A stretch of DNA of 63,742 bases, the filler included, from Collodictyon triciliatum (Eukaryota): NCBI GenBank assembly GCA_043381765.1. It is 6 parts of 6 records of this genome, joined end to end, with 100 filler letters (N's around TTAATTAATTAA, not from the genome) between each part and the next. Parts side by side here need not be neighbours in the genome. Positions count along the whole stretch, not along the records: positions 38,214 to 53,409 come from JBHJMP010002750.1; positions 53,510 to 63,742 come from JBHJMP010002751.1; 4 more parts are not named here. The stretch is one strand, 5' to 3'. The notes under the pieces are model-generated. The model was given only the letters and a program-made list of their open reading frames with translations, had not been told where the DNA came from and did not search any database. Below are positions 41,889-54,799 of the stretch, one piece after another; the stretch's first letter is position 1; every line of letters begins with the position of its first letter. A program made the translations under genes and the position numbers.

Positions 41889-42997
41889 GACAAGGCCAAG
41901 TCTAAAAGGAAAAGGACTTAAACTTGATGATACACTCGGTTGCGGAGGTTTGAAAAGGAAATGTCAAAGAAGAAAGGCCAGCGAGGAAAGCAGAGAGCGC
42001 CCAATACACTCCTCAAGGCCTCAAGTTCTTGAGTGTAGAGCTCATTCGACTTGCAGTATTGGCTTTTCTTTTCTTTTCTTTTCACTTTTTTTTTTTTTTT
42101 ATTTAGACACGGCTGGCAGGCTGAAAATGAATCGCGATGCCAACGAAGGTCGGGCGTTGTTGCGTTTTCTTGATGCTTTGGCACTGGCCTTTCTTTGCAG
42201 CAAAGCTGTGGAATCATGCCTATTTTACTGATCTGAATCCTTATATGTGATCCACAAATGGATATAGATATACTGCAGAAGAATAGCCAAACCTGAAATG
42301 AAAAAATCCTAAAAAAGAAAAANNNNNNNNNNNNNNNNNNNNNNNNNNNNNNNNNNNNNNNNNNNNNNNNNNNNNNNNNNNNNNNNNNNNNNNNNNNNNN
42401 NNNNNNNNNNNNNNNNNNNNNNNNNNNNNNNNNNNNNNNNNNNNNNNNNNNNNNNNNNNNNNNNNNNNNNNNNNNNNNNNNNNNNNNNNNNNNNNNNNNN
42501 NNNNNNNNNNNNNNNNNNNNNNNNNNNNNNNNNNNNNNNNNNNNNNNNNNNNNNNNNNNNNNNNNNNNNNNNNNNNNNNNNNNNNNNNNNNNNNNNNNNN
42601 NNNNNNNNNNNNNNNNNNNNNNNNNNNNNNNNNNNNNNNNNNNNNNNNNNNNNNNNNNNNNNNNNNNNNNNNNNNNNNNNNNNNNNNNNNNNNNNNNNNN
42701 NNNNNNNNNNNNNNNNNNNNNNNNNNNNNNNNNNNNNNNNNNNNNNNNNNNNNNNNNNNNNNNNNNNNNNNNNNNNNNNNNNNNNNNNNNNNNNNNNNNN
42801 NNNNNNNTTTTTTTAATTTTTCTGTAAATAGTGCCCGACTTTCATCATTTGCGAAATGCTTTATCCATACATAGCTGTCACTATTAGATGTAATTTAAGG
42901 TTTCTATTCCCATATAATATTAATATTTTTTTTTGGATAAAATGGACAAAGTTGATAACGTAATCACAATGAATTTAATTTATACATCCTTCAATAG

Positions 42998-45020
42998 GAT
43001 TTCGATTCCTCAAAAGATTGACATTAGTTCATGGCCGTCTGTCGTATTATCGCACAAGTTTCATTAGCCAATACAGTTTCTATAAATCACTTATCATAGG
43101 TTTCATTCAAGTGAGGTAAGGATGTTTAAAAATAAAGAAAAAAGAATGATTCAATATTCATGGACAAAAAAGTCCTAGATTTTTCAATAAAACGAGATTG
43201 CTTGATTTTTATCTCCCATTCGCAGCTACGGTTTCCTTAGTGCATATTCAGGCTCAAGTTTCTTCAATTCATTCTGTTTGACAACGTACAACATTCTTTT
43301 CACTGGAATTCCAATATTCTTTTTCTGTTTGGACCGTGACAAGTCCATTGAAGCGCTGGTGAGCACTCCTCTTTATTACACAGATGGTATGCAAAGCAGG
43401 TAGAAACGCATGTTGTAGTATATAAAAAATGAACAATCTATTTTTTCCTAAAATATGTTTGCCACAAAATCTTTTAAAAAAAAACAGCAGCAAAAACAAA
43501 ACAAATCAAAACAAAACAAATCAAAACAAAACAAATCAAAACAAAACAAAAGACAATATCCTCATGTGCTCCATTAACTAGATTTATGAATAAAACCACG
43601 TTTGCTGGTTATTTTGTTCGGGCCGTATTCCAGGTACTTAATTGTTGATTTTTAATTTTTTGTCAAAAAATTCATTCTCACTTTTAACTTAAGTACCATT
43701 ATAATCTTTTTACATATTCCGTGTTTATAAATGATAGCCGAGAATTGAAAAAAACCTTGGTTAATTTATTTTGATTATAAAAAATATTTGACATGTGAAT
43801 CGTAAAAAAAATAAATAAATAGTAGAAAACATGAATAATATTAATATTACTAAATAGTAATTTCCCATACAGGCTGGTATAATTTTTGTGGTCACTATTC
43901 TGTGCTTTGACCACGAATGGGTACACCACAGTGACGGGTCTCCGATGGACTATGAAAGTCTTTCCATGGTCGCATTCACCTCTTTAATTGTCATTCAGAC
44001 GCTGACTCTAGCCCAGGAGACAAAGTAATCATACGTAAATACCCTCTGTCAAATACATATTTATTGGTTGACTATACAATAGTATGAGTCAATAAGCATT
44101 GTTGTGGACTTTCATAGTCCGTAGTTGGACGGTCCTATTGCTTTAGACTCATAATTATTACTTGAACTTCGCTTTGAAGTTTTTGGTGCTCTAAAAGAGC
44201 ATTCAAAATTCTGAGTTAGGCAAACGTTTTACTGCCGCAAGTCTAATACCAAATAATTGCAGCCACTTCACAGTGATGAATCATGTGATAATCTGGGGAA
44301 CTTGCCTGTTTTATTTTTTTGCCATATGGATTTACAACTTGGTTTCATCGCTGGACATGTACACAGTTATGGACAGACTTTTCTCTGATAGTTCCTTTTG
44401 GTTTGCCATTATGGTTTGCTTTCATAGATTTCCTTTGATATCCACACGGTGAATAGTAATAAATGAATAGATAATCCAAACAACACGTTTATTACATTAC
44501 GATATGCGCCTCTTTTCCTGACCCTTGTGGTTTTCTTGGGCTCTATCAAATTTTGAGCTTGCAGAAAAAATAATCTTTTTATGGTTCTTTGCAGGTTACT
44601 TCTTTTCTGGCCATCACGCCGGTCGCTGTCTTCCAAAGTGTAAAGAGCAACTACGAAAAAAATCGCCACATGCGTTCTCTTCGCGACCTCCAGTCTCAGC
44701 GCAAAACACAGTTCCGACAACATTTTCGTGAAATTCAATATCCGTCCGGGTTGAACCTCTCTTGTTTACCATGTTTTGGCTCCCCACCGGAAGTCCGAAG
44801 CCAAACAGGTATGCATGGCCCTATGATAAACACGGCTCCTCGCCCCTTTTATTCTGTTTCCCCCTCCCCTCGTTTATTCTTATGGGTGATGTTGGCAATC
44901 CTCCGATGCAAAGTCACCACGAGTTATACACAACTTTCTTCTTCACTAGACGACAGTGCGTTGGAACTGACAAATTCCGACAGCTCCAGACCGTCCCAAG
45001 CATCTCCAAAGTTGAACTAA
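42998..45020 (+). CDS. P4-type ATPase (phospholipid flippase), ALA2-like, C-terminal part
   Basis: FRFLKRLTLVHGRLSYYRTSFISQYSFYKS, YSGSSFFNSFCLTTYNILFT and FTVMNHVIIWGT are typical of the P4-ATPase C-terminal membrane domain. Confidence 0.9.
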
Positions 45021-45275
45021 TACCTGCCACTTTTTCGAGCTTGAGACCAAGCATAAATCAGAATTCGAAAAGAATGAATCTGCCTGTAATTTGATATTGG
45101 ATACCCCCCCTGAATACGTAGAGATAACCGAGCTGTATAAAATAAGACGGAAGAGCCAAAAAAAAAAAAAAGTAGAAAAAAGAGAAAGAGTAGAAAGCAA
45201 ATATTTTCACAGTTTCATGCACCCTACAAATCAAACAGGATTCGTTTGGATTTATGAGAAAAGAGCCATCTAAGC

Positions 45276-48200
45276 TCACTCCGTCCCTTTCGATTTCCCG
45301 CTGGGTCGGTCGAAGCCGGCCTTCAGGCCACCCATCTTCTTCAAAATCTTGCTTTGGACATTAAAGTTGACTCCGTAGTCATCGCGCACTTTGGCGTACC
45401 GCGCACTCGGGTCTTTGGCGTTCTTGTCCTCCATCATCGTCGTATCGTTATCCAGCAAGTGCGTCCATTTGGTCCGGCCGCTCAGCCCAAAGTTCTTGAC
45501 CTGCTGCACCTTGCGAAGCGTGCTCTTGTCAAAGTTGTCCTCCAGAGTTGGCAAATTGTAATCGCGTTTGTAGATGTTGTCTTCTGTGTCCTATGTGTTT
45601 GCATGTACGAAATATGTGAGAGGCCGAGTGAGAGTGGGGGACTGGTAGTTTTCTACACACAGAGTAATTCAAGTAAGATGATGATAGTGATAATGAAAGA
45701 TCAAATGTGTAGGCGCTCAGAAAGCAAGAAAGGACGGGAGAGGTAAAAAGATGTAAAAGTGATAAATAGGAGGAAACGATAAGAAATAAAAAGATGCAAA
45801 AGGGAAAGGAGAAGTGAGAAAGAAAAGAAGTGAGAAAGAAAAGAACGAAATAAAAAGAAATAATAAAGAAACTAAAGGAATACAAGGAAAATCATATAGA
45901 AAAATTGTGGGATGATAACATCCATTACTCACCATAAAGAAAGCACCTTTGTGATAATACTTTTGCATAAATTTGTACTTGCTCTCATCTTCTTTCTTTC
46001 CAATACCCAGCCTTCTGTTTTCAGATAAAATCTCAGCATCGGACATCTTGCTTCTTCTTTCCTTGTCCTCCCTCTCCTTCTCTTCCCTATCAATCGATTC
46101 ATTCAAACAATTAACAAGAAAGAATGGTTTCTCTTCTAAAAAAAAAGGAGGTATTTTGTCCATCAGATTTTCAAATATAATCACTATGAAAAACTTTGAA
46201 TCGAATAAATAGAAAAAAATCAATATGGAAAAAAAAATGTAATAATAAGTAGAGTCAAAAAAAGCATATGATTTTATGTACACATGTCGGAACAAAAAAA
46301 CAAAAAACAAAAAACAAAAAACAAAAAACAAAAAACAAAAAACAAAAAACAAAAAACAAAAAACAAAAAACAAAAAACAAAAAACAAAAAAACAAAAACA
46401 ACCTTTCTGCTTCTTCCTTTTCTTGTTTAATTCTGTTCAGCTCTCGGATTTTCCAATTTTCATACTCTTCCTCAGGATTGATGTTGTCACTGTCATCGGG
46501 GATATTCATTTCCTCAACATCAACTTCGGCACCGCTGGCAAATGCGACCGTAGCATCAGGATTTTTTCCTAATAAATATCCAAATATAGGAAGTAAACAT
46601 AGTGCCACACAAACGATTCTATCCATTCCAATATAAGTCATATGATTACGTGTAAGTCTAGATTAACATGTATATCCTTACCTGATCGAATCATTTCGTC
46701 TTCTTTTCGAACCTCTTCTACAACCTTGTTGTGGCTTTCTCTCTTCTTTTCTATCACTCGCATCGCCTCCTTTTGCTTGACCTCAAGTTGACGTCTTTCT
46801 TCTTCTTCTTTCTCTTTCACAGTCTGCCTTTGTTCTCTTTTGTAAAAAAAAAAAAAGAGCGTGAGTTACGGTTCATTAGAAATCAACCCTCAACGATTTT
46901 TTATTGTTAAAAAAATATAAAGTACAGACACGATAAAGCCATCAAATAAATGCTTATGATACATGTCTCTAGGTAAAAATTCTTGATTACAGAAATGAAA
47001 AAGCAAAAACGAGACACTAATAATGAAACCTTGGAATGAAACGAGGTTTTATAATCTCTTTTCTTTCTTCTTCACTGTCTGTCTCATATTCCTCTTCATC
47101 TTCATCGCCTTCTTCATCGTCCTCTTCACCATTGCTCTCGTCATCTTCATCCTCTTCATCATCCTCTTCATCATCGCGCAATATTCGTGGTTCGAAGGAT
47201 TCCTTCTTTTCAGAGTGAGAATTCTAGACCGTTAAGACAGAATAATTAGTCATGCATTAGTTCCTTTTGCAATATTACGTTACTCGAAATGCGATAATTA
47301 TGATAGAAAATCCTTCCTGTTATCCCTCCGCATTGAAAAAAAAATTTCCTTTTTCACTTTTACAAGTCTTGGGAAAGGATACAATTAGATGATAAAAAAA
47401 ATACTCGAATAAACCTTTTCAAGAAGTTGTGATTGTCTCTGAAGCAAGCGCTCACGTGCGAGTTGGCGCCTGCGATCAACTTCTTCATCATCTTCGCTCT
47501 CTGACAAAATGAAGTATAAGCATGAGCGAGAAGATATTTATGACATGACAGACGATCATATCATCGGATAGGATAAAACACATCATTTAATTTGTTACCA
47601 ACAAAAAAAAAAAAGGAACTTGAAAATATTTCCTTCTTTTATTCTTATAGATTTATGTGTAATAAGAGACTTAGAGTAAGATTTCAAAGGAATGGAAGAC
47701 CTTCGCTCTCTTCTTTTAGTGGAAGGCCATCATCGTCCTCGGGTTTTCCTCTGTATTCGGGTTTGGCATCTGAGGAATTGCGTTTATATATTTCAAACAT
47801 CAGATACATAATTAACTAGGCACACATGAAGGCCGTAAGGCTTTCTCTGCACAAGAATAGCGATGATAACAAAGAAGACACATTATTTGATTCGAATAAA
47901 GGAGGAGAAAAAAAAAAGGAGGAAAACCTTTGATAGAAAAGAGAAGTTTAAAATGAAGAATCATCGGAGCAGATATAAAAGCTTTTTTTTTTTTATAAAT
48001 ATATATAAGAAAAAAACCCTCCACGATCTCAGGTTCGAAGCGACTTCCTCTACGGAGCCTTTTTCTGTCCCCGTCTCTGTAAGTGATAATGTAGGAAGTT
48101 GTCAGATACCTGACAGCACAACTATTTCCTTCACAATAAGCAAGACTCTAGAGAGATTTCAGCGAAAGTAGACAGGAGAAGGCAGACCGTAAGGAGGAAT

Positions 48201-48882
48201 AGTCGATGACAACATCCTCGGCTTCCTGTTGTGCGTTCTTTGCAAAAGCAGGCTCAACTCCCGGTCGATAGCGCTCTGTTCAGAGTGGACCGTGCCAGGA
48301 CGGCTCAAATCAAGGAGAAAAAGGAGAGAACAAGAACAATGGCAAGAACAATGACAAGAAAAAAAGACAAGAAAAAAAGACAAGAAAAAAAGACAAGAAA
48401 AAAAGACAAGAAAAAAAGACAAGAAAAAAAGACAAGAAAAAAAGACAAGAANNNNNNNNNNNNNNNNNNNNNNNNNNNNNNNNNNNNNNNNNNNNNNNNN
48501 NNNNNNNNNNNNNNNNNNNNNNNNNNNNNNNNNNNNNNNNNNNNNNNNNNNNNNNNNNNNNNNNNNNNNNNNNNNNNNNNNNNNNNNNNNNNNNNNNNNN
48601 NNNNNNNNNNNNNNNNNNNNNNNNNNNNNNNNNNNNNNNNNNNNNNNNNNNNNNNNNNNNNNNNNNNNNNNNNNNNNNNNNNNNNNNNNNNNNNNNNNNN
48701 AGAGAAAAAAGAGAAAAAAGAGAAAAAAGAGAAAAAAGAGAAAAAAGAGAAAAAAGAGAAAAAAGAGAAAAAAGAGAAAAAAGAGAAAAAAGAGAAAAAC
48801 GAAAAAAAGGAAGTAAATGGTAAGAGTACAGGATACGGACTTTGCTCTTGAGCCTTTCCTCGTACGTCGACGGTGTTGTCAT
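45276..48882 (-). CDS. MFAP1: Microfibrillar-associated protein 1 (spliceosomal B-complex, Spp381 family)
   Basis: KSKVQRYRPG, an acidic tract, EEYENWKIRELNRIK, YKFMQKYYHKGAFF and PTLEDNFDKSTL...VKNFGLSGRTKWTHL. Confidence 0.93.
46179..46232 (+). mobile_element. Micro-insertion copy E with about 15-bp TSD
   Basis: AATCACTATGAAAAA + CTTTGAATCGAATAAATAGAAAAA + AATCAATATGGAAAA (13/15), in an MFAP1 intron. Confidence 0.72.
47886..47917 (+). mobile_element. Probable older micro-insertion copy I
   Basis: TTTGATTCGAATAAAGGAGGAG plus an A tail; one core mismatch and no convincing TSD. Confidence 0.45.
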
Positions 48883-49273
48883 TTCCCGCCCTGGTGCATA
48901 GGTAAGTGAGACGTTGTCGAGTTTGAGATTAATTCGTCTCTTGATGGGTCGATCGCGACAACCAGAGACGATGCGTGATGACCTGATGGCTGGGAGTTCT
49001 GTTTGAAACCATATAATTTCCGCATATGTATAAAATGCGTTGTTCGAGGGCATAGATAGTTCTGCCTATCGCCGATTGTATGTTGTAATCTGAGACGGTT
49101 TTTGTAGATGGAGGTTCTGAGGGACGCGGATTCGGGCAGCAGCAAAGACAAAGCTATCTGTAAATATTGTTCCATAACAGATAAATGGATAATTAGATTC
49201 AAGTAACAGCGTTGGCGAGCAAGGTGTTGCTGGGTGTTTATAAACGCGGATTGGTTGGGCTCGGATAGAGGCA

Positions 49274-49819
49274 CTAAACAATAATCTCCATTTTCTCCTT
49301 ATCATTGGGGACGACCTGGGTTAGCCACTTTGCACTCAAATCTGAGCTCTCGCGATAACTGGCCTCCGACCATAAAAGAAGCTCTGCACGAGTGACCTTC
49401 CTGGGAAGGCTACGATGCTGCCCGTAGAGAAGGAAGCACTCATGTGAGCCGTCTTTGTAGCCATCTGCGATGCGGATTTCGGCTGACTCGAGCCGGTTAA
49501 TGGAAATCGCTTTGCGAAAGCGCGAAAAAGTCAGCGTGCTGCTGTCAGTGGAGTTTTCGTCAGTTTTCTTTGTAGTGGATCTGCAGTAGAAGGATGCATA
49601 GTGCGTATGCGACGTCGGGTTTTCCACAGTGATGCGAGCGCCGTTGCTGAGATAAGTGACAAGGAAGTAGACGAGTACAACCACACCGACCAACACGGCA
49701 ACAAAGATCCAGGGAAACATGTTCTCTACTTTGCGCTCTCTCGCCCGCACGGGATTCACCTCGTCTTCGGTCACGGTGAGGCCGGATCGCGGATCAAGCT
49801 TGTTTCGACGGGAAGCCAT
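49274..49819 (-). CDS. Hypothetical single-pass (type II) membrane protein
   Basis: Intronless 181-aa ORF with one TM segment (WIFVAVLVGVVVLVYFLV) and coding-like composition. Confidence 0.6.
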   Translation of the reverse strand: MASRRNKLDPRSGLTVTEDEVNPVRARERKVENMFPWIFVAVLVGVVVLVYFLVTYLSNGARITVENPTSHTHYASFYCRSTTKKTDENSTDSSTLTFSRFRKAISINRLESAEIRIADGYKDGSHECFLLYGQHRSLPRKVTRAELLLWSEASYRESSDLSAKWLTQVVPNDKEKMEIIV

Positions 49820-50859
49820 TCGGAAGCCGTGCTCTTCTGCTTGGTGCAGTTTGTTGAGAAAGGGAGTTTATGGGCGGTTCATTTATTTGTTGTTTTTGTT
49901 TTTTCGGTACATACATCTGTATTGTCTAACCCTAGTCTCCCACAATAAACAAAAATTTTCTATTATTTGACTGCCGCTTTGCCTCGTTAATAGAGATAGG
50001 TTCAGAAACGTGCGGGTGACACTTTCTCTTTGAGCCAACCCAACTCATGAATCGTCCAGTTGGTGGCTTGTGTGACAGGATTCTTTGTGACTCTGGTGTG
50101 ATTTGTGCTGCCAGCTTCATCATTGGACTGTGATTGATCGCATGTGATGTGGCCTTTGGCTGGATTGCACGGTCTGATGCAAGGCTGATGTGGGATGCAA
50201 CTTGTGGGTCGATCAAATATCCATATATGGTATATTGTCGTCTATATTGCAAATAGGGTATCAATAGAATGATGACTTCTGTGTTGTTTGTGTTTGCCGT
50301 GCGTTGGGTTTGCAAGAGCGCACAGGGGCTGCAAAGCAGACGAGAAAAAAATAAAAATAAAAAAAAAATAATAGGAAAAAGGAAAAGTTTATGAGAGTAT
50401 TATTTTAACCAGACCTAAAGAGAACAATTTTTATTCTCATATGAATACCTATTTTATGCTTCTACACAAAAAATAATTGGATTGAATGCGAAGAACCGAG
50501 CCTCGGCAACCAGTAAGAAAAGAGAAGCAAAGAGAAGCAACATGAAAAAAAAAAGCCCGAATATCCGATGTTTGCAGAGCAAGCTCTCCTAAAGATGTTT
50601 TTTTTTGTTAAGAGAAGTATAAATTTTGTGTTTATTAGACTTGATGTATCAAAACAAACTACGACTCTAATACAATCTGTACCTTAAAATACAAGATGCA
50701 AAAATTAAATCCCTCATAATGAAAAGGGAACGCTCCAAAAGGTGGTTTTTTCCTAAATAAATATGAACCATAAATAAAGAAAAATAAGAGACAAAAATCT
50801 CTTAATTACAATCGACCGAATTCACGCATGATTTCGGTATTTTACAAAAAGTAATTCAA

Positions 50860-52151
50860 TTACATACACGACATTTCCTGCTCTTGCTGCACAGATGGAT
50901 TCAAAGCAACTACTTGAATACGCCGGAGGGCAAAGAGAACACCATCGAGAGGACACAGAGCAATCTCGAGATATGTGAGGTTGAGAGATGCGGATAACTC
51001 CTCTGTTACAATCAACATGGGCAGCGTCCATTTGTAGTGATTATCGTCCTCCCAACGCAGGGTATAGTCGTGACCCACCATCAATGGAGTGACCCGATTC
51101 CCAGGAAGAGGCTCTTCAGGCTCGATAAAGCGACCGTCGTGGTCGAGTGGGATGATTACAAGTTTCCAATCCAGTGGGAAAACCGGATACCCATATGTAA
51201 TATGAGGCAATTTAGGAAGAGATAGATTGATGTACAACGCATCAAAGGTTGTCTGTTGCTTGAGAGCAAAGTCTCTTCGCAAATCTCCGGCGTGCCGGTT
51301 GAGTGATTGAGAAACAGATGAAGGGAATCCTCCAGTAAGTACATGAACGTCGAGAGTTCGAATAAATAGCTCGATGATGAGCAGATCCTCCTCAAACCCA
51401 GACAAAGATGCAAATGGAGTTGAAGAAGGGTCAGAGTTTCCTATCACGATGTCCTCGGGTAGGGAAGACTGAGTTGCTCCAACCCCGGTAGTGGCTGTCG
51501 AGGCGGAGCTCTGGCTTCCCGTGTAGTTGAGATTTGATAGACTAAGAAGATAATAAGTTAATCAGCTGATGAAAGGTCGAATCAAAGCAAAAGAAATGAA
51601 AAGAAATCAAGTGTGAAAGTTTCCAATCGCGTCTAAAAGAGAAAGTCCTTGTGTGTGTAGATAAGTTTAATTACTGCATTCCATATGCAAAAATGAACAA
51701 ATGAACAAATGAAAAATGAAAAATGAAAAATGAAAAATGAAAAATGAAAAATGAAAAATGAATAACTGAATAACTGAATAACTGAATAACTGAATAACTG
51801 AATAACTGAATAACTGAATAACTGAATAACTGAATAACTGAATAACTGAATAACTGAGCAAATATGTAAACCCGAATGAGAAGAAAAACAATGTAGTAAT
51901 AATCAAATCGCCAGGTGAATTGATCACTTTTGAAAATGAAAAAAAAGAGCAAAAAAAAAAAAAAAGAAAAAAAAGAAGAGTTTTCTTAAAGGTTGTGGGA
52001 CATGACCAAGTGTGAGAGAAGCAAACCCGGACATAAAGTTGAAGGGATTCCCCATGATCGCATCGCTCGAAGAGGACACGTCGTCTGAAGACGTAGACGC
52101 CGAACCAAGCAGAGGAGGCGGATGTGGAGGCGGCGGCAGAGGCGGCTGCAT
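50860..52151 (-). CDS. Hypothetical protein (probably 2 exons)
   Basis: Ser/Pro-rich first exon near 52005-52151 and a long open second exon from about 51541 to 50860; no motif recognised. Confidence 0.45.
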
Positions 52152-52854
52152 TCTGCTGGAGTGGATTGTTGTATTTTGATTGCGACACTAAGTGGCAAAG
52201 CGTCGCGCTTTTGATTCCACACTCTTCTTTTTTTCTCCTTGCGGCTGCGTGTTGTGTGTCTGGTTTACGTGAAATTAAACAACAGCACGAATCCAACTGC
52301 GTTTCGGCCCATTGATGAGTAATAGGAAACTGATAAAAAAAAAGATTGACGAAAATGAAAAAAAAAAGAAAGAAAAAATAATAAAAAAAGAAAAATAAAA
52401 GGATAATGATAAAAGAAAAGATCCACGCGAGGGGTGATAGGTCGAGTTGTAAAGGAATTAATATGTGTGCAAACGAGAACTAAGAGAATAACATTATCTG
52501 AAATTAAATTTACAATTTGTCATTTGGAAATTAAGGTAAAATAAATCCTATGCTCCTGATTGGCCTTTTCGCATTGCAGGCCAAGGAACCATTATCTAAA
52601 TAGTTCTTATATTGTGCGACTTTTAATTAATAATTTCCTATTTCTCTCTCTAGAGACACGTATCTTCATAAATTTCACAATTAATTTTTTTTTTAAAAAA
52701 GGGAATCAATTTAAACTATGTTAGTTTGTGCAACCACTCTTATGAGAAGTTGCTGTATTTTGGATATATAAGTGAACGTGCTCAGTGGTTTGAATAGTTA
52801 ATATATTAATTTTTAACCCTTCTCTTCAATTCACAATCTAACGATGTAATTATG

Positions 52855-52898
52855 AAATAGTCCACTCCTTTGAATCGAATAACAAAATAGCTCATTCC
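52855..52898 (+). mobile_element. Micro-insertion copy F (minimal, 16 bp) with about 14-bp TSD
   Basis: AAATAGTCCACTCC + TTTGAATCGAATAACA + AAATAGCTCATTCC (11/14). Confidence 0.65.
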
Positions 52899-53079
52899 GT
52901 AGGATTATGATAATACTCAGGCGTCTGGAAAGAAGAATATGCACACAGAAGAAAATATGAGGAGGCAAAGCTCCCTGATATTTCGATTACCATAACGCAA
53001 CACATGCCAACATCTTCACCATCCTGCACAAAATTGAAAGGAAGAATAAAAAAAAAAGAAAAAGTAAGCGGGACACCCC

Positions 53080-53409
53080 GCGCTATGATTTTCTACAACC
53101 TCGAGAAAGCATATGACTATGTGAACCACGAAGCACTGGAAACCATCCTACACAAAAGAGGCTTCTGCACCGGATTCACCAGTCTTATCAAGAAATTGCA
53201 CGACAATTCAACAGCGAGGGTACTCACGGCGCACGGACCTACGGATGCAATTCAAAGACAGAGCAGGGTGTATCAAGGCTGCCCACTTGCACCACTGCTC
53301 TTCAACTTCGTTGACTGGCTGCCTTGCAAACCACTTCCGAAACGAAAACAAGGTACGCAACCAACTGCTACTTCAATATGCAGACGACACAGCATTCATC
53401 TTGCGGTCT
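53080..53409 (+). mobile_element. Non-LTR retrotransposon reverse-transcriptase fragment (frameshifted, cut by contig end)
   Basis: NLEKAYDYVNH, VYQGCPLAPLLFN and, in another frame, LQYADDT. These are LINE RT motifs. Confidence 0.88.
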
Positions 53410-53688
53410 NNNNNNNNNNNNNNNNNNNNNNNNNNNNNNNNNNNNNNNNNNNNTTAATTAATTAANNNNNNNNNNNNNNNNNNNNNNNNNNNNNNNNNNN
53501 NNNNNNNNNTATTCTATTCTATTCTATTCTATTCTATTCTATTCTATTCTATTCTATTCTATTCTATTCTATTCTATTCTATTCTATTCTATTCTATTCT
53601 ATTCTATTTTCTAGTTTTAATTTAGTTTGCACACTATGGGTCCATTTGTCGACGAAGAAATAAAATGCTATTTTCTTTATGTCCAAGA

Positions 53689-54763
53689 TGGTGTGACGGT
53701 GGAAACTTGGCCGAAGTTCTTGCCAGCAAAAGGTTGACCAGCGATTCTTACCTTAAAATAATCACTGGAATCGCCCTCGGTTTAAACTACCTTCATAGAC
53801 GAAATCCAAAGATTATCCACAAGTATGTAAATTATATAATTTTTTTCAAAAATAAAAGTTACAAATTACTCACTTAACTTGGTTATCTTGCGTAGGGACT
53901 TGAGACCTGAGAATATCATTCTTGATAAAAACTCGACCCCTAAACTGGCTTACTTTGGATTGTCATCTCTATTAAGGGCTGGGAAGAAGACACAAAATTC
54001 TTTTGGCGCACCGGTGTGGTATATTATGTGAACTTACATACCTATTTATCATGAAAAGAGGAGGGCACATATCTCCTTCCGCCTGTCCATGATTAAGTTA
54101 TTTTAAATGTTGTGCTATCTTCCATTAGATGTATAGAGCACCAGAGTTATGGCTAAAGAAGGTTTACAGCTCATTTCATATGCTCATCACCGTCATAATT
54201 GCCATTTGTATTGCTATTGCACAATGTTGGTAAAAAAAAAAAATAAATAAATCCCACCTGTACGCAACTTAAATGTACAATTTCATACGTGTAAGTACTA
54301 AATACATATTTATACTTCTATCATATAAATATTACAGGCATTTGACGAAAAAGTAGATGTCTATGCATTCGCGATAGTCATGTTCCAATGCACATTTTAC
54401 AAGGTAGGGTTATATATTGGCTAATCATTGTAGTTATGAGTCTAGCTGTATCAGATGTGCGTCTCTTAAATCACGTATTCGCCTTCTTCATGAAGCACCC
54501 TTTTGGAGAAAATTTAGAGGACGAATTCTATTACGAAGGTAAGATATTTAACGAAACGAACAAAACGGACTTCCATATTCTTATCCAAATTGTATTCTCA
54601 TGCTGGATCCATAGCCGCCACAAATAGGAGTCGTCCATCCATTCCCAAATCAATCCACCCTATCATTTCGACCGTGGTGTCTCGTGGCTGGGATGTAGAA
54701 CCAGCAAATCGACCATCAATGGAAGTGATTTGTGTGGAACTTGGGAAACTCTTAAGTATATAG
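53689..54763 (+). CDS. Protein kinase domain, TKL-like, probable pseudokinase (5' truncated)
   Basis: GLNYLHRRNPKIIHKDLRPEN, KLAYFGL, YRAPE, EKVDVYAFAIV and WDVEPANRPSM. Confidence 0.82.
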
Positions 54764-54799
54764 GACACGACTCTTCGACATTCATACATGAAGCCACTT

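Noticed and set aside
47372-47382. GTATCCTTT (minus strand) inside an MFAP1 intron with TCTTAAC near the acceptor
   Set aside because: An in-frame TAA lies before it, so the GTTTAT donor about 30 nt upstream must be used.
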